64,000 nt of DNA from Eledone cirrhosa (GCA_964016885.1 OZ024743.1:305350001-305414000), one strand, 5' to 3'. Numbered from the stretch's first letter, positions 12,426-25,439 are shown. The notes: generated by a model not told the origin, from the sequence alone. Numbers and translations: made by a program.

Positions 12426-14745
12426 CATCATTATCATCATAATTTAACATCCATTTTCCACACTAGCATGGATTAGACAAGTTGTCCCATTAGAGGCATG
12501 TCAAGTCAGGTGACCATGTCTTGCTCATACAGAACTGTTTCTGGCTTGGTTTCTTTGGTTGGATACCCTTCCTAACACCAACCATGTTTACTGTGTGGGC
12601 TGAGTGCTTTTCATGACACCTTCACGACCTTTTTACAATGTAGACTAGGTGCTTTTTATTGTGGCACCATAACGACCACTTTACAGGGTGGAGTTGGGGC
12701 TGGGGTTTTGGTGTAAGGGCATGCATGAAAGGTGCGATGTTATAATGTGGGTGGAGTGTTAGGGCATGGGAGGTGTATGGAAGGGAAATGGAGGTTAGGG
12801 GTAAAGTGGTGCATGGGAAGACATGTCTTCTGTATTATTGCATAATGTCAAAGACCTCAATCATGTGTCATTGCTTTTGAGAGGTGTAATTGTGTAAGGT
12901 TAGCTGTTATCACTTCATCCCAAATCTTCCTACTCCATAGCTTCCATCAACTTTGAGTACCCTGTTATCCTTCATATACATCACATGGCCATACCAATGC
13001 AATCTTCTCTCTTGCACACTGTATATAATCCCTCTTAAGCCCAGTTTCTCTTTCAGTTCATTTACACTTTGCCATTCATGTATATTTCTATTACATATCC
13101 ATTGGAACATGTAGGCTTCATTTCTTATCAGTCTTCACAGGTCCTCTGAACAGTGCCAAGGTTTCACAGCCATGCAGCTTTGCTGTTCATATACATGCAT
13201 CATACAATCTGCCCTTCATTCATTTTGAGGGAAAAAAATTTTGTAGCTAGCAGCAGTAGCTCCCTGATCTTTCTCCAGGTTGTCATGCTCTGGCTACTGT
13301 AGTTTTGGAAGACCCGCCTCCACTGCTTATTTGGTCACCCAGGTAACAGAAATTGTCAGCTATTTCTATAGAGGTCTCTGGGCATTTGAAGGAGCTAGTA
13401 TTGTGTAGGATCTTGCTACTTACTGCACCTATGCATCAGCCACATATAAAACCAAATCATCATAAACACACTTATCTCCATCATCACCACAATTTTCCCT
13501 GACACACTGCCTCACAATCCTGAACACCTCATGCATTTGGTCCTTCCATTGCAGAACATACTTTTTATTTTTTATTTTTTGCTTCCCTTCTTGCAAAGTA
13601 CACTTGTCAACTATATCCTCTCCTAGCCTGCTGATAGTGTTCTCTACTTCCCCCGTCATGCCATTCTTTCCATCTTTCCATGCCTGTATTTTGGCCTTAA
13701 TTGTCTCCTCCACACCACTGTTCAACCACCAAGTCCCTGCTCCAAACCATAGATTTCGTTTGTCACCTTCAGTAGGTTATCTTTCAGGATTTCCACTGCT
13801 CCTCTAAATTGTATGTCTCTATTTGCTCTTCCCTAACGTTGAAAGCCTCAAGCAACATACTTCTAAATTTGTTACTGGCTCCGGGGTCCTTTAATTTCTA
13901 TATTCTTCTCCTGAAGTTCGTCTAGTCCTAACTATAAGGTCACTAACTACTAGGTTATTTTGGGAGGTGCATTCTTCACCAAGGAGAAACTTTCTGTTTA
14001 CAACAGTCACTCTATATCGTCTTCTGGTAAGAATAGAATCTATCTGGCTGGTATGCTCCCCTGATCTATAGGGGATCAAGTGATTGTCTCATTTTTTTGA
14101 AGTTCATGTTACAGAGAGATAAATCATTGGCATCAAAGAATTCCAGAAGCATCAAATCTTTCGCATTTATAGCACCAAACCCTTAACCCCCATGGATCAT
14201 GTCAAGCCATAACAGTGTTGCCCAATATACACATTAACGTCACCTGCAATTACTATGAAGTCACTGTCACTTATTTGAGAAAATGTGTGCATTAGGGAAT
14301 CATAAAACCTGTCTTTTAGTATGTCCAACAGACCAGATATCGGTGCATATGCAGATATAATTGTCACTGTTGTTCTATTTAGTACTAGTCTAATTTTAAT
14401 GATTCTGTTATTTACTATATTTACAGCTATTACCTTTTTATTACTAACATAATGGCTCTCTACCCAGCCCATTGTCATTTATCACACAGAAAAATTTGTA
14501 TCATTGTTTTTTGCCAACAAGGAATGTAGATGACATTTCCCTCCATGTAGCCACTTGTACACAGCACACATCAACTTTCTTTTGTTCAAGCATTTCTACA
14601 ATCTCTTCTGATGTTCCATTTATTGTGCTGGTGTTGATGGTGCCAGCTCTGAAGTTATGGAGTTCACTGGAAGGGTGAGAGAAAGAAGATGAAACATGGG
14701 GAGGGGGCATGAGAAATTGATTGGTGTTGCTTTTGGTTTTCCATG
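12425..14745 (-). mobile_element. RTE-clade LINE with AP endonuclease, RT internally deleted, 3' UTR and (GAT)n tail
   Basis: GTINTSTING...VDVCCVQ, IISAYAP, IAGDVN, SQIDSIL, SQNNLVVSD (APE); ERRLHWYGHV (RTE C-terminus); pre-RT linker joins the thumb region near 13440. Confidence 0.88.
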
Positions 14746-15590
14746 TCTGAAATAAAGAAGAACATTAGCGTGGCTGTCTGTAGATTCATATTCATCTTTA
14801 GGAGTGCTCCAACTCTCCAGCTCTGTTACTCTTTTGCCATATGAAACAAGATTCAGACAACTGTTAGTAGTGGTAGTAGCAGAAGAAGAAGAAGTTATTG
14901 CAATAGAAATTGAGTTTATAGTGTAGCATATTTCTGCTGCTGAGCTTTGATTGGTCTAAATGGCTATGGAGGTGTATGGAAGTGGGTGAAGAGAAAATGG
15001 CAGATGAGTCCAAATTGGGGAATATAAGAGTGGAGAAAATATTTTGAATACAAAGAAAGAAATAGGAAAGACATAATGAAATATAAAAGGAAGGCATATT
15101 TTTCAAATTTCTATTGAAGACAGAGGAAAAAATAATTACAGGAGAACTAGAGAGCCTCAAAACAAAGTTATTAGACCTGAAAAACTAAGATTAATGAATG
15201 AACAAACAATTGGGAGGAAGACAAGTGATTTTACATAATTCCAGCTTTTTACATACTTCCAGATTTTACAAACATACAACAACAGTAGAGTCAGATGAAA
15301 TGAGGATATAGGGGTTTATTTTAACTTCCATGAATTTCTATATTAGAAGCTATTATTATTTCATATATTTGCTGGGGGATTGGGGAGAAAATGATAGAAT
15401 TAGTAGTATAAATGATTATCTTAAAGTATTTAGTTTTGTCTTCAGTATTTCAGTTTAAATATAACCCTTCTGGAGTCAATATAATTAATACCAGTCATAC
15501 ACCTGAGTTGATTTAATTCTTGTATAATCCTTATTTTCAGGTTTTTAATCTTCTATTGTAAGTAATCATTATTGTTTTTTTCCATTTTAG

Positions 15591-15749
15591 CTGGGATCAC
15601 AAATCATGTATGCACATTTGATAACCCACTGCTCTGTGAATACACAATTAACTGTATGGATCCTACTGAATTTACATGGAGAAGGAATTCAGGCAGTACA
15701 TCATCAAGTGGAACAGGACCGTCTACTGACCAATCAAATAGCAGATATG
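15591..15749 (+). CDS. MAM gene exon, MAM2 N-half (GITNHVCTFDNPLLCEY...WRRNSGSTSSSGTGPSTD)
   Basis: ttttag| acceptor, G|gtaagt donor, phase 1-1; classic MAM W-R-x-S-G-S-T-x-S-x-G-T-G-P-x-x-D motif. Confidence 0.92.
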
Positions 15750-16109
15750 GTAAGTTATTTTTGTTTTATTTTAATACAATATTTTATAATGTAACGTCTT
15801 ATAGAAATCAACAGGCTGAACAATTAAACAAAGGATTGCTATTTTGTACTGTATTCCAAGAGATATATACAATGTTCATGACAAAGACATATATTCTCAA
15901 CAACCTCTAGCACTTCGATGTATATAAAAGTTTTATACTGTTGCCTACTGTAAATAATAGAACTAATCTAAAATCTATGAATGGTTCATTAAGTTATGGC
16001 ACTAAGATCAATACCTATGTGTGTAGATAGGAAAGCAAGAGATTCCAGCAGCTTTACTTATGTTAAAGTCCTATTTAGTTAAAGATCTCACAACACTTAA
16101 TACTAAAGA

Positions 16110-16297
16110 TAATATAATTTCATAGCAGATATTGTACGGATGTTACTATAAATTTTTCGAATGCCACTATTATATATAATTTCATAACAGATATTGTACG
16201 GATGTTATTATAAATTTTTCAAATGCCACTATTATATATAATTTAATAACATATTGTACGGATGTTACTATAAATTTTTCAAATGCTACTATTATAA
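16110..16297. repeat. Three ~61-bp tandem copies
   Basis: gatattgtacggatgttactataaatttttc.aatgccactattata repeated three times. Confidence 0.85.
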
Positions 16298-16399
16298 TTC
16301 TGAATGTTGATTTATAGGTGGAGTAAAAGCTGGGGGAAAAAATATCCATTATAAAAAAACAAAACTATTTAAGTCACACTTAATGTATACACTTGCAAA

Positions 16400-16760
16400 T
16401 GTACTGCAGAGTACGTGGTGGTAGAACCATCTCACAAGTGGCTTGATTTCTCCCTGGCTCCCATGACTTTAGATGGTTAACAAATCCAGCTCTTGATAGA
16501 AGAACTTGTCCTCATACATTACACCTCAATTCCTGCTGAATTTTTGCAGGCACTGTACATGGGTCCCACTTACAGAGTGAATGCTTTATAGCAGCATGTT
16601 CCACTCGTTTTTGCTCAAAGATAATCTTTCTCCATGATGTATGGCCTTTAGTCAAAGCCTACCAGTTTTCCTAATCAATCTTCAGAGCTTTAAGATTGCC
16701 TTTTATGACATCTTTAAACTGATAGAACTGAAGAGATGGAACAAGTTGTTTGAGGTAATG
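16400..16760 (-). mobile_element. Decayed RTE-BovB-type LINE 3' fragment
   Basis: reverse translation FKDVIKGNLKALKID*ENW*AL resembles the RTE C-terminal motif. Confidence 0.5.
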
Positions 16761-17117
16761 AAATGAAGTCTAAAGATGAAATTAATTTTCACTAAGCAAG
16801 AGTTAGATTTTTGTGAACAGATATTATAATAAGCTTATATAAGAGATGTTGAGACAGATAGATTAACATATTCCAGCATGGAAAGCAAATGTAAAATGAT
16901 GATGGTCATGATGATCATCATGATTATAAATACAGTCAAATTCAACAAGGGAACTCTCATTTCTTTTGTTTTTGTTTTTAAATTTTTCTCAAATGAGAGA
17001 AAACATTAACTGCAAAATAGGTCATGTGTATAAGTTGATCTGTGAATTAGATATTCGATAACAAACTTTAAATTGCTATTAAATTATTAATGAATTAATA
17101 ATTCCACTCTTTTACAG

Positions 17118-17480
17118 GACACTATATGTATGCAGAAGCTTCTTATGGAAAGTATAATGATACTACAGAGCTGAAGTTTAAAGTTTCTAAAGTCCAAGGG
17201 AAATATCTGAAATTTTCTTACAATATGAATGGAAAGGAAATAGGTCAACTATCTGTCAAACTTAAAATGAATGGTCATAATGAAAAAACTCTGTGGACAA
17301 TGAAAGGTGACAAAGGGTTGTATTGGCACAAACAATGTTTGTATATTGAAAAGAATTTTGGGAAGATAAACAAGTCTGATGATGGTGATGGTAGTCTCTC
17401 ATTTTATGCTCAACGAGGACCTTCATTCAAAGGAGATATTGCAATAGACACTATTTCAATTGAAGAGAAACCATGTGCTG
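17118..17480 (+). CDS. MAM gene exon, MAM2 C-half (GHYMYAEAS...FSYNMNG...GDIAIDTISIEEKPCA)
   Basis: ttacag| acceptor, G|gtaata donor, phase 1-1; strong MAM motifs. Confidence 0.92.
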
Positions 17481-17749
17481 GTAATATTAAACAATTTCAT
17501 TTTTCACATGTAAAATTTTAACCAAAATACTGGTGACTCAATTAATTAATAAGAGGGCAGGTTGATAGAGCAACACCATGAAAAATCAAAGCTAGATTTC
17601 CATTTTTTCATCGATTTTTTTCTAAACAGCATTGTCTATATCTTTTAATTAAATTGTTTATCACTCCACGAAAGTAAATCCTTACTTGGCCGATCTAATT
17701 TGCCATGTTTTCACAGGTATATATAATTTGTAACACTTTTTCAAATTTC

Positions 17750-18370
17750 AAGATGTTGCCTACGTTCTGCAAGCCCAAAATTCTCAGAGGACTGCATTGA
17801 TGTTCTGCCTGTAGCCCACATTAGTCATTTTCTCAGTCTAGACGAACTCTGCATCTCCATTACACTCTAAGTGGGAGCCAAATTCTATGGGGGGGGGGGG
17901 GGGGGTCTTAGATGTCACTGTGGTAGGGGTCTCACCTCAACAGGCATCCATAGTTTGTCTTGCTGCTTGAATGCTGGTCAGTATGCCTGCCAAACAAAAT
18001 TAAGCTGGATCATCAAGCGAGCCCTAGCTCGGGTAAATATCCCCACAGTTCTGGAGCTGACTGGAATATCCAGAATTGATGGGAAGAGATCAAATGGTCT
18101 TAGCCTTTGTCTCTGGATGAAAATCAGATATCTCATCAGGGATGACAGAATTAGTGACTCTTTTGCTCCCTCCCATATCATGGATGCTATGGTAAATGTG
18201 AGGGAGCATGGCTTCTGTAGCCAATTGAAATACAATCTTAAAATACTGGGATCTATCAAATAACTATTTTTTCAAGTCTGTGGCATTCAAGACATTTGGT
18301 GGAGGTGGGCTGCTAACAGCAAAGTTATTGTCATCGTTAACGCCTTGCCTTATTGAGGTATCAGGTGATG
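17750..18370 (+). mobile_element. CRE-clade non-LTR retrotransposon 3' fragment (CCHC and REL)
   Basis: CHCG...HSLSC...IIKRAL...IPTVLE..G.SR.DGKRSNGL.L..W...D...SD.FAPS, typical of the CRE REL domain. Confidence 0.7.
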
Positions 18371-18377
18371 TAGTTTG

Positions 18378-18570
18378 AGTGGCAGAGAAATACTTAGCAG
18401 TATTTGTTCCAGAACTTTATTTCTGAATTTGAATTCTGCCAATGCCAAATTTGCCTTTCATCCTTTTAAAGTTGATAAAAAAACAATACCATTGGAGTAC
18501 TAGGGTCGATATATTCGATTTTCCCTTCTCCTCAAAATTGCTGGCTTTGTGCCAACATTAGAAACCATTA
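18378..18570 (+). mobile_element. Decayed tRNA-derived SINE
   Basis: ttgcctttcatcc core and gctggctttgtgcc tail. Confidence 0.6.
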
Positions 18571-18789
18571 ATTAAAAGTGAAAATAAATTTTAAATGCTA
18601 AAAATATATTGACTCCAAAATAAAATTCCCCTAGAATTTCTATAGATGTGTATTCAGTTTTATTTTGGTAAAAATTATTTTTCATACAAAAATTAGGAGT
18701 CAATGATTTTTTATTTTGTTTAGTTTGTTTTTTAATTCAGATATATAGACATTTTAAAACTCTGTCAGTGATTGTATTTATTGCTATAA

Positions 18790-19018
18790 GTATTTATCAA
18801 TTAGAAAAAAGGGTAAAGATCCCCCTTCAGTCACGAATGACAATGGGATTTTTACCTAGAAATTTCCCCTCTAAGACACACGTCCAGGTTGTTTGTAGAA
18901 GTCCAGCAGTTACCCAAGTATACCAGACACCCCTCACCACACTACCGATATCATCCAAGGGAAAGGTAAAGGTCGATATATGTTGGCACCAGTGATGTTG
19001 CAACTTATTTCTACATGG
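18790..19018 (-). mobile_element. CORE-like SINE 3' part
   Basis: reverse complement aligns by eye with 50200-50398. Confidence 0.65.
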
Positions 19019-19226
19019 ATGAAGAGGGTCTTTACCCTTTACTTATGAATAATATCACAACGAGGAAGTATGGTGAAAACCATACAATCATATTTGTTAT
19101 TTTTACAATATTATTCAAGTAATGTACATTTGCACAGAAAGTTTCTTGTTTTGAACTTTTTAAGATATTTTTTCCACAAATATATGTTTAACTCTTCTTA
19201 TATACCTTTTTTCTGTATTGCTGCAG

Positions 19227-19325
19227 GTCCCTTTGACTGCGAATTTGAAAATTCATTATGCCGTTATAAAATAGGCAATGGAAGTTTACCAGGGAAGATT
19301 TTAAAACGATATTCATACTCAAGTG
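19227..19325 (+). CDS. MAM gene exon, MAM3 N-part (GPFDCEFENSLCRY...)
   Basis: ctgcag| acceptor, G|gtaaat donor, 99 nt, phase 1-1, CxFE..LC motif. Confidence 0.82.
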
Positions 19326-19557
19326 GTAAATATTAATTTTCTTAACACCAAAATTAATACATATCAATATTAATATGTGCATATAAACATAAATAAAAAC
19401 ACACATACAAACACACAAACAGCTGTTGAAACAGCTAGAAGTCAGCTGACCTCTTTATAATTTAGCCATACTCTACTATCCCAAATATCAAGTAATTTGT
19501 TGCGTAATGGTCTAATTTTATCTGGTTCTATATACAACTCCTATATATATATATATA

Positions 19558-20025
19558 TAGTGAAAAATGGAACGGGAACAAAACAGAGAGGCAGTACGAA
19601 CAAAGGTTTATTAGTTTCACGCTCTTGAGGGTGGGGGTGGGTGACGACGTTTCAGGCATAAGCCCTTTTTCAGGCGAAAAGTGTGTGGGAAGAGAGTAGA
19701 AATAACGTAAGGAGAGGAGAGTATACACAGGAAAATCATAGACAAAAAAAATCATAATCGTAAAAACACAGGCAATCATGGACAAAAAAAATCATAGACA
19801 GAAATAAACAAGTACAGTAAATAAATCAATCAAAAAGTAATGCAAAGAAAGGAAAAAAAACAAGGTGTGGGGAAAGTTTAGAGAGTGGTCACGGCGGATT
19901 AGATCGGGGTTGAGCCGGTAGTGAAGGTAGTATTCCAAGGTGGCATGGAAGCCGTGGGAGCGTGTATTGTATAGTGAAAAATGGAACGGGAACAAAACAG
20001 AGAGGCAGTACAAACAAAGGTTTAT

Positions 20026-20030
<5 letters not shown>
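19558..20030 (-). mobile_element. Short Penelope-like element between (TA)n tracts, with a ~60-bp terminal direct repeat and a degenerate hammerhead
   Basis: agtgaaaaatggaacgggaacaaaacagagaggcagtac...ttattagttt at both 19559 and 19973; reverse strand CTGAAAAAGGGCTTATGCCTGAAACGTC; LEYYLHYRLNPDL resembles a GIY-YIG C-terminus. Confidence 0.6.
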
Positions 20031-20058
<28 letters not shown>

Positions 20059-20195
20059 ACCAAAGATTAATATGGTTCATGGATTACTCAATGAATATAG
20101 TTTTACAATAGATTAAAAGCACTCTACAAAGATGTCTTCTGGAGTTAGTAATATTATTCAAATATTAATAAATAAATACGTTCACATAATCAAAA

Positions 20196-20268
20196 TATAT
20201 GTTTTATTATATATATTTCGGTGGTACTGTGCTGTTTTTTCAGTACGTCCTCATCAGATAAAATATAT
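20196..20268 (-). ncRNA. Minimal type I hammerhead ribozyme motif
   Basis: reverse strand ATATATTTTAT-CTGATGA-GGACGTACTG..CAGTACCACC-GAAA-TATATATA-ATAAAACATAT. Confidence 0.7.
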
Positions 20269-21758
20269 GAATTGATGTATGACATACCTCAACTGTCTTC
20301 ATGGTTCAATTCCAGTAATGGCAGTGATTTATTACAACAAATCTCAATATTTATATACACAAATAATAGCATGATAAACTTAAATATGATGAAGAAGAGG
20401 ATGTGGAGCGAGATATAGGTATAAGGAGGGGATGTAAGAAGAAATAAAGAGAGAAAGATAGATAGAAGAGAGAAAAAATAAGAGAAGATAGAAGAAGGAG
20501 AGAGAGAGAGAAGAGGGAAGACGTAACCGCAAAAAGGAAAGAATGAAAGAAAGAGAGAAAGAAGAAAGCGACCAATTAAATTCCGTGAAACTTTTAATAT
20601 CTTCTGTATTTGGTTATATTTGAGCTAATTATACTAATGTATTATATCAAAATTAAACAATATAAAAATATTTTCTATAATAATCAGAAGCATAATTCAA
20701 TTAATAAATATATTCAGTATTTTGTTATAAAATTCAAAAAACGTTTTTACCTATCAAGCAAGTTTACAAACATAATAAATATGTATATATATAAATTCTG
20801 AGTCGTATCGAACGCTTCCATTTCACCACATTGCAATATTTGCAATTTAGAAACTCTATTAATAATTACCAATTATGGTAATTTAATTAACAACAAAAAA
20901 ATGAATCATTTGCAACTTGTCTCCATAAATCTAGAAAAACATTTCAAGCATCATACAAATTTAGAAAAAAAAAACTGACTAAGGGGGGAAAAAATATTGA
21001 CTATTATTATTAATAATTCTTGAATTATTGTTATTATATATATAATGTTTTGCCTTACCTTAAAATTGTATATCGGGTTTTTTTATATAGTAAATTAATC
21101 TCATGTTGTGACTCGCTATACTAAGTTCGGTTTTTTGAATGGTCATTGTGTATCTAGAATTTTCTTAACTTGCGGTTCAAAATATCTTCTGGCTTGCAAA
21201 GCACTTAGATAATATAACTGACAACTTATGGATTACCTCCCTTTGTTTACATTCTTCGTATATTATTTTCTTTCTATCCAAATGGATTAATAATGTATAT
21301 TTAACATGATATTAATCCTTATAGGGAAACTACATATATTATGATATAGTTACGAAATTAAAATCGAAATAATAATACTTTCAAGAGTAAATATAACTAC
21401 TTATTAATCCTATAAGTAAAACTACTTATTAATCCTATAAGTAAATGACAATTGTTTATAATTCTGATAATAATTCTAAACATTATATAAAATGCATATA
21501 CTGATGGTGATATGCGAATATGTTGTGGTAAATATCCTTATACATATTTATTATGTTTGTAAACTTGCTTGATAGGCAAAAACGTTTTTGATTTTTGAAT
21601 TTTATAACAAAATATTGAATATATTTTTTAATTGAATTATGCTTCTAATTATTATAGTAAAATATTTTTATATTGTTTAATTTTGATATAATACATTAGT
21701 ATAAACATTATTATTTTGATATAATACATTAGCACAAACATTATTATTTGTGTATATA

Positions 21759-21971
21759 GTAGGGTGGGAGATTGGCAGCATCGGTAGAGCGTCGGATACT
21801 CTGCTTTGCAGCATAGAGTTACGGCCCTTTACGTTCAGAGTTCAAATCTCGTCGAGGTTAACTTTGCCTTTCATCCTTACGGGGTCGATAAAATAAAGTA
21901 CCAGTCACGCACTGGGGTCGATTTAATTGACTTTCCCCCAAATTACTGGCCTTGTGCCTATACTAGAAATC
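21759..21971 (+). mobile_element. Well-preserved tRNA-derived SINE with 16-bp TSD attatttgtgtatata
   Basis: full head, B-box, core and tail; the direct repeat flanks it inside the fold-back arm. Confidence 0.88.
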
Positions 21972-22070
21972 ATTATTTGTGTATATAAATATTGAGATTT
22001 GTTGGAATAAATCACTGCCAATACTGGAATTGAACCATGAAGACAGTTGAGGTATGTCATACATCAATTC

Positions 22071-22142
22071 ATATATTTTATCTGATGAGGACGTACTGAA
22101 AAAACAGCACAGTACCTCCGAAATATATATAATAAAACATAT
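22071..22142 (+). ncRNA. Minimal type I hammerhead ribozyme motif
   Basis: stem I atatattttat/ataaaacatat, core CTGATGA (22082-22088), stem II ggacgtactg/cagtacctcc, GAAA, palindromic stem III, AUA cleavage triplet. Confidence 0.75.
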
Positions 22143-22180
22143 ATTTTGATTATGTAAACGTATTCATTTATTAATATTTG

Positions 22181-22248
<68 letters not shown>

Positions 22249-22634
22249 TAAACATATCGGTTGGTGTCATATTAGAGGTGTGATATAGGTCGAGGAGTGC
22301 TCCACTGCTGTAATAGGATGGGAGGAGGTTATTGTCCACGGGATTTTAAAGAACAGGGATTCTTTGAAAAAAACATTTTGAGTTATATATACAAAAATAC
22401 AATGATAGATAAAATTCAAGGTTCATGTTCACACTCAAGTACCCATACACAGACACATACACATGAACGCCAACACATTACAGAGTTCATTAATTCTAAG
22501 TATACAATTGGGTTTTATGAGTGACTGATAATTGTCAGGCTCTGGCCAAAGAATTTTGGTATCAATGGGTTATTGATACCTGTCAAATCAATTACTGGTG
22601 AGGGTGGTGGAATATGCCACAATAGCTGCAACAT

Positions 22635-23710
22635 ATATATATGGGAAAGTAAAAAGGAATAACGCAGGAGTACAAGTTACAAAAGGTATTAAGTTCACGC
22701 TTATTGAGAGTGGGGGTGTGGGTGCGACGTTTCGGGCATAAGCTCTTCATCAGAAGAGTGGTGAGAAGGAGGAACTCTGAGTGTGGGGGGTGGGGGGGAG
22801 TTAGTGGGAAAAAATAATAAAAATAGAAATAAAACATGAGTGGGAAAATAAAAGTTTAAAAAAAGTTGTGAAAAGATGTGAGGCGTGGAGAGGTGGTAAT
22901 GCATGTGGAGGTGGATAGAGGGGGAGGGGAGAGGGATAGTGAGGGTGGAAGGAAAAAAGGGGTCCGAGCGGGGAGGGCGGAAGATGAGGTGTGTGTGTGT
23001 GTATGCGTGGATGTATGTATGAGAGTCTGGGGGAGAGCGGGGTTGTATGCTTGGGTTTTGGAAAACCAATGTGTACCTTGGGGAGGAGTGTAAGTTTATG
23101 TGTGTGTGCGTGTGCATGTGGATGGAGAGGGGTGGGGTGGGGGAGAGCGTGCGGAATCCAGAGGCAGAGTGGGTGTATGTGAGAATACAAACGTGTGTGT
23201 GTGTGTGTGTGTGTTTGTGTGGTGTGGATACGTGGGAATGTATAGTTGTGTGTGTGAAAAGGGTGCGTTTGTGTGTGTTTATGTTCCTGAATGGTTTTCT
23301 TTTGTGTGTGTGTGTGTTGTAAAGGGGGTGGATGAGTTGGGGGGGGGGGTAGTATTATTAGTGGTGAGGTGGTTGAATGTGGATGTGTGGGTGGAGGTTA
23401 GTGGTGGTAGTAGGGTGTGTACATATGTGTGAGTGTATATATATAGTGGTGTGTGCGTGTTGCGTGTGGGTGCGTGTGTCTTAGGGGGTGTTAGTATTAT
23501 TAGTGATGGGGTAGACCGATGTGGGTGTGGAGGTGGCAGGAAGTGGAGGGGACTGTTAATGTTGGGAATGTTTTAGTGGTGTTAGTGTGGGGGGGAACGG
23601 TTGAAGGCTAAAGGAAGAGAGGGGGTGTTCAAACCGAGGGGGGTGGGGGGTCTGTAATGTGAAGATGGTGCGTTGTTTGGCCCTAAAATGGGCGTCAGTG
23701 GTCACATGTC
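22635..23710 (-). mobile_element. Penelope-like 3' fragment with long CA-rich 3' UTR and terminal hammerhead-like motif
   Basis: reverse translation FRAKQRTIFTLQT..PLGLN (GIY-YIG C-terminus); CTGATGAAGAGCTTATGCCCGAAACGTC at ~22726-22753; ends at a short (TA)n. Confidence 0.65.
22722..22758 (-). ncRNA. Hammerhead-like core, probably decayed
   Basis: CUGAUGA-A-GAGC-UUAU-GCCC-GAAACGUC; stem I pairing is poor. Confidence 0.55.
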
Positions 23711-23724
23711 ACTCAATCAGGCCG

Positions 23725-24490
23725 CTGACAGGAAAGAGTAGAAATTCAATTCCATGTCCCAAATGCAAGCTTTGGGTACTTAAAAGTAGTGGGATCACAG
23801 TAAAGCTATCAAAATATAGAGTTTTTATATGTGGCTGATGCTCAAGTGCAGTAAATAACAAGTACCCACAGGTTACTAGCTCCTTTGAATGCCCTGATGG
23901 TTCTATAAAAATAGTTGACATTTTCCGTTACCTGGGTGATGAAATCAGCAGTGGAGGAGGGTGTTCTGAAAGTACAGTAGCCAGAGTAAGAATGGGATGG
24001 AGAAAACTCAGAGTGCTAATACTACTGTTAGCTAAAAATAGGTTTTTCCTTAAAATGAAGGGCAGATTGTACAATGCATGAATATGATCAGCAATGTTAC
24101 ATAGTAGTGAGATCTGGGCACCATGTGCAGAGGACCTGCAAAGATTGGAAAGTAAGGAAGCACACTTTGGTGGATGTTAATATACAAAAATGACAAATCG
24201 TAAATGAACTGAGAGAGAAATTATGTATAAGAAGGATCAGATTAAGTATACTAGAGAGGAGATTACACTGGTATGGTCATGTGATACATATGAAGGATGA
24301 CAGCTGTATAAAAAGGTGCAGGGCGATCAAAATTGAGGGAAGCTATGGAGTAGGAAGATACAGGAAGACCTAGGACAAAGTGATAAAAGCTGACCTTGTG
24401 CAATTGCACCTCTGAAAGTCAATGACACAGGATTGAGATATTTGTCGTTATGCAATAAAACAGAAGACCCACATTCCCATGTGCCTGGAC
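23725..24490 (+). mobile_element. RTE LINE 3' fragment (PHD remnant, thumb and C-terminus)
   Basis: CPKCKLWV.K.SGI, FRYLGDEISSGGGCSESTVARVRMGWRK, LHWYGHV; same family as 57705-59665. Confidence 0.85.
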
Positions 24491-25439
24491 ATCTCCCTTC
24501 CAAAATGTCTTCATTACATTTATTGAGAAGTGACACACATTTCGCTATTGTTCAGCTCAAGCTTTGATCTGTATCAATCTAGCCCAACTCAGGAATCAAA
24601 AGCTCATCAGACTTCTGCTGTGGTAATGATAGAATGAACCTCTTAGGGCTTTGAAATAATATATAACGATTCACATTATGGGATAGGTGAGGAGGAGAAT
24701 TATAATGAAGAGATGGTGAAAGAGAGATGGGGGGAGGGAGCATTGCTTGGTGGGAGTTGTGAACGTGTGGTGTTTTGGATGTTTCATAGACATTATGGCA
24801 TTTATGTGGTGAAGTGAGGGTGCTGGGTGAGATTGTAGAGATGATTAGGCATGATACGTGATGGGAGATGAAAGGATACGATGATGGACCAGAGTGGGGT
24901 GGGGGTGGGGTCAGATATTTGGTACAGAGAAATAAATAAAACTAAATTAGAAATAAGTTGAAAATAAGAATATAATGAGCAAGAAGGGCGGATGAAAATA
25001 CAAGGGGAGGGGGTCTTGTATGTTCAGTGGCATGGTTAGTATGTAAAAAATATATATTAAGTTGGTTTGTGGTATCTAGAATGTATAGGAGTAAAGAATA
25101 ACCATGGCCAGTGAGTGAGAGGAATTTTATTCATAAATAGATGAATAAATAAATGAATTAGTTGCTACACTAACTATATGGACTAACATATATACGCATA
25201 CACACACACACATACGCATATACAAATATACATAGTTAAAGATATACACGCATGTGTATATATGTACACATTTCTATATATATGCATAGACATATAGTCA
25301 CATATATATGTACTCACTAGCACAGATACACATTCATACATACACACACATTAGCATGCTACTGGATACACGTAGATACATAGTGTACCTACCGATATAC
25401 ACATGCAAGTATATATGTACTAGTACATACACCTAGAGA

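Larger units (their letters stand above)
20058..22188. mobile_element. Fold-back Penelope-like element with nested inverted arms, each outer arm carrying a hammerhead; flanked by (TA)n
   Basis: 20151-20367 is the reverse complement of 21972-22188, and 20629-20787 of 21538-21703; terminus homologous to 61922-62160. Confidence 0.75.

Noticed and set aside
22592-23432. Cluster of His/Pro- and Cys/Val-rich ORFs
   Set aside because: Translations of GT/CA-rich low-complexity 3' UTR sequence.
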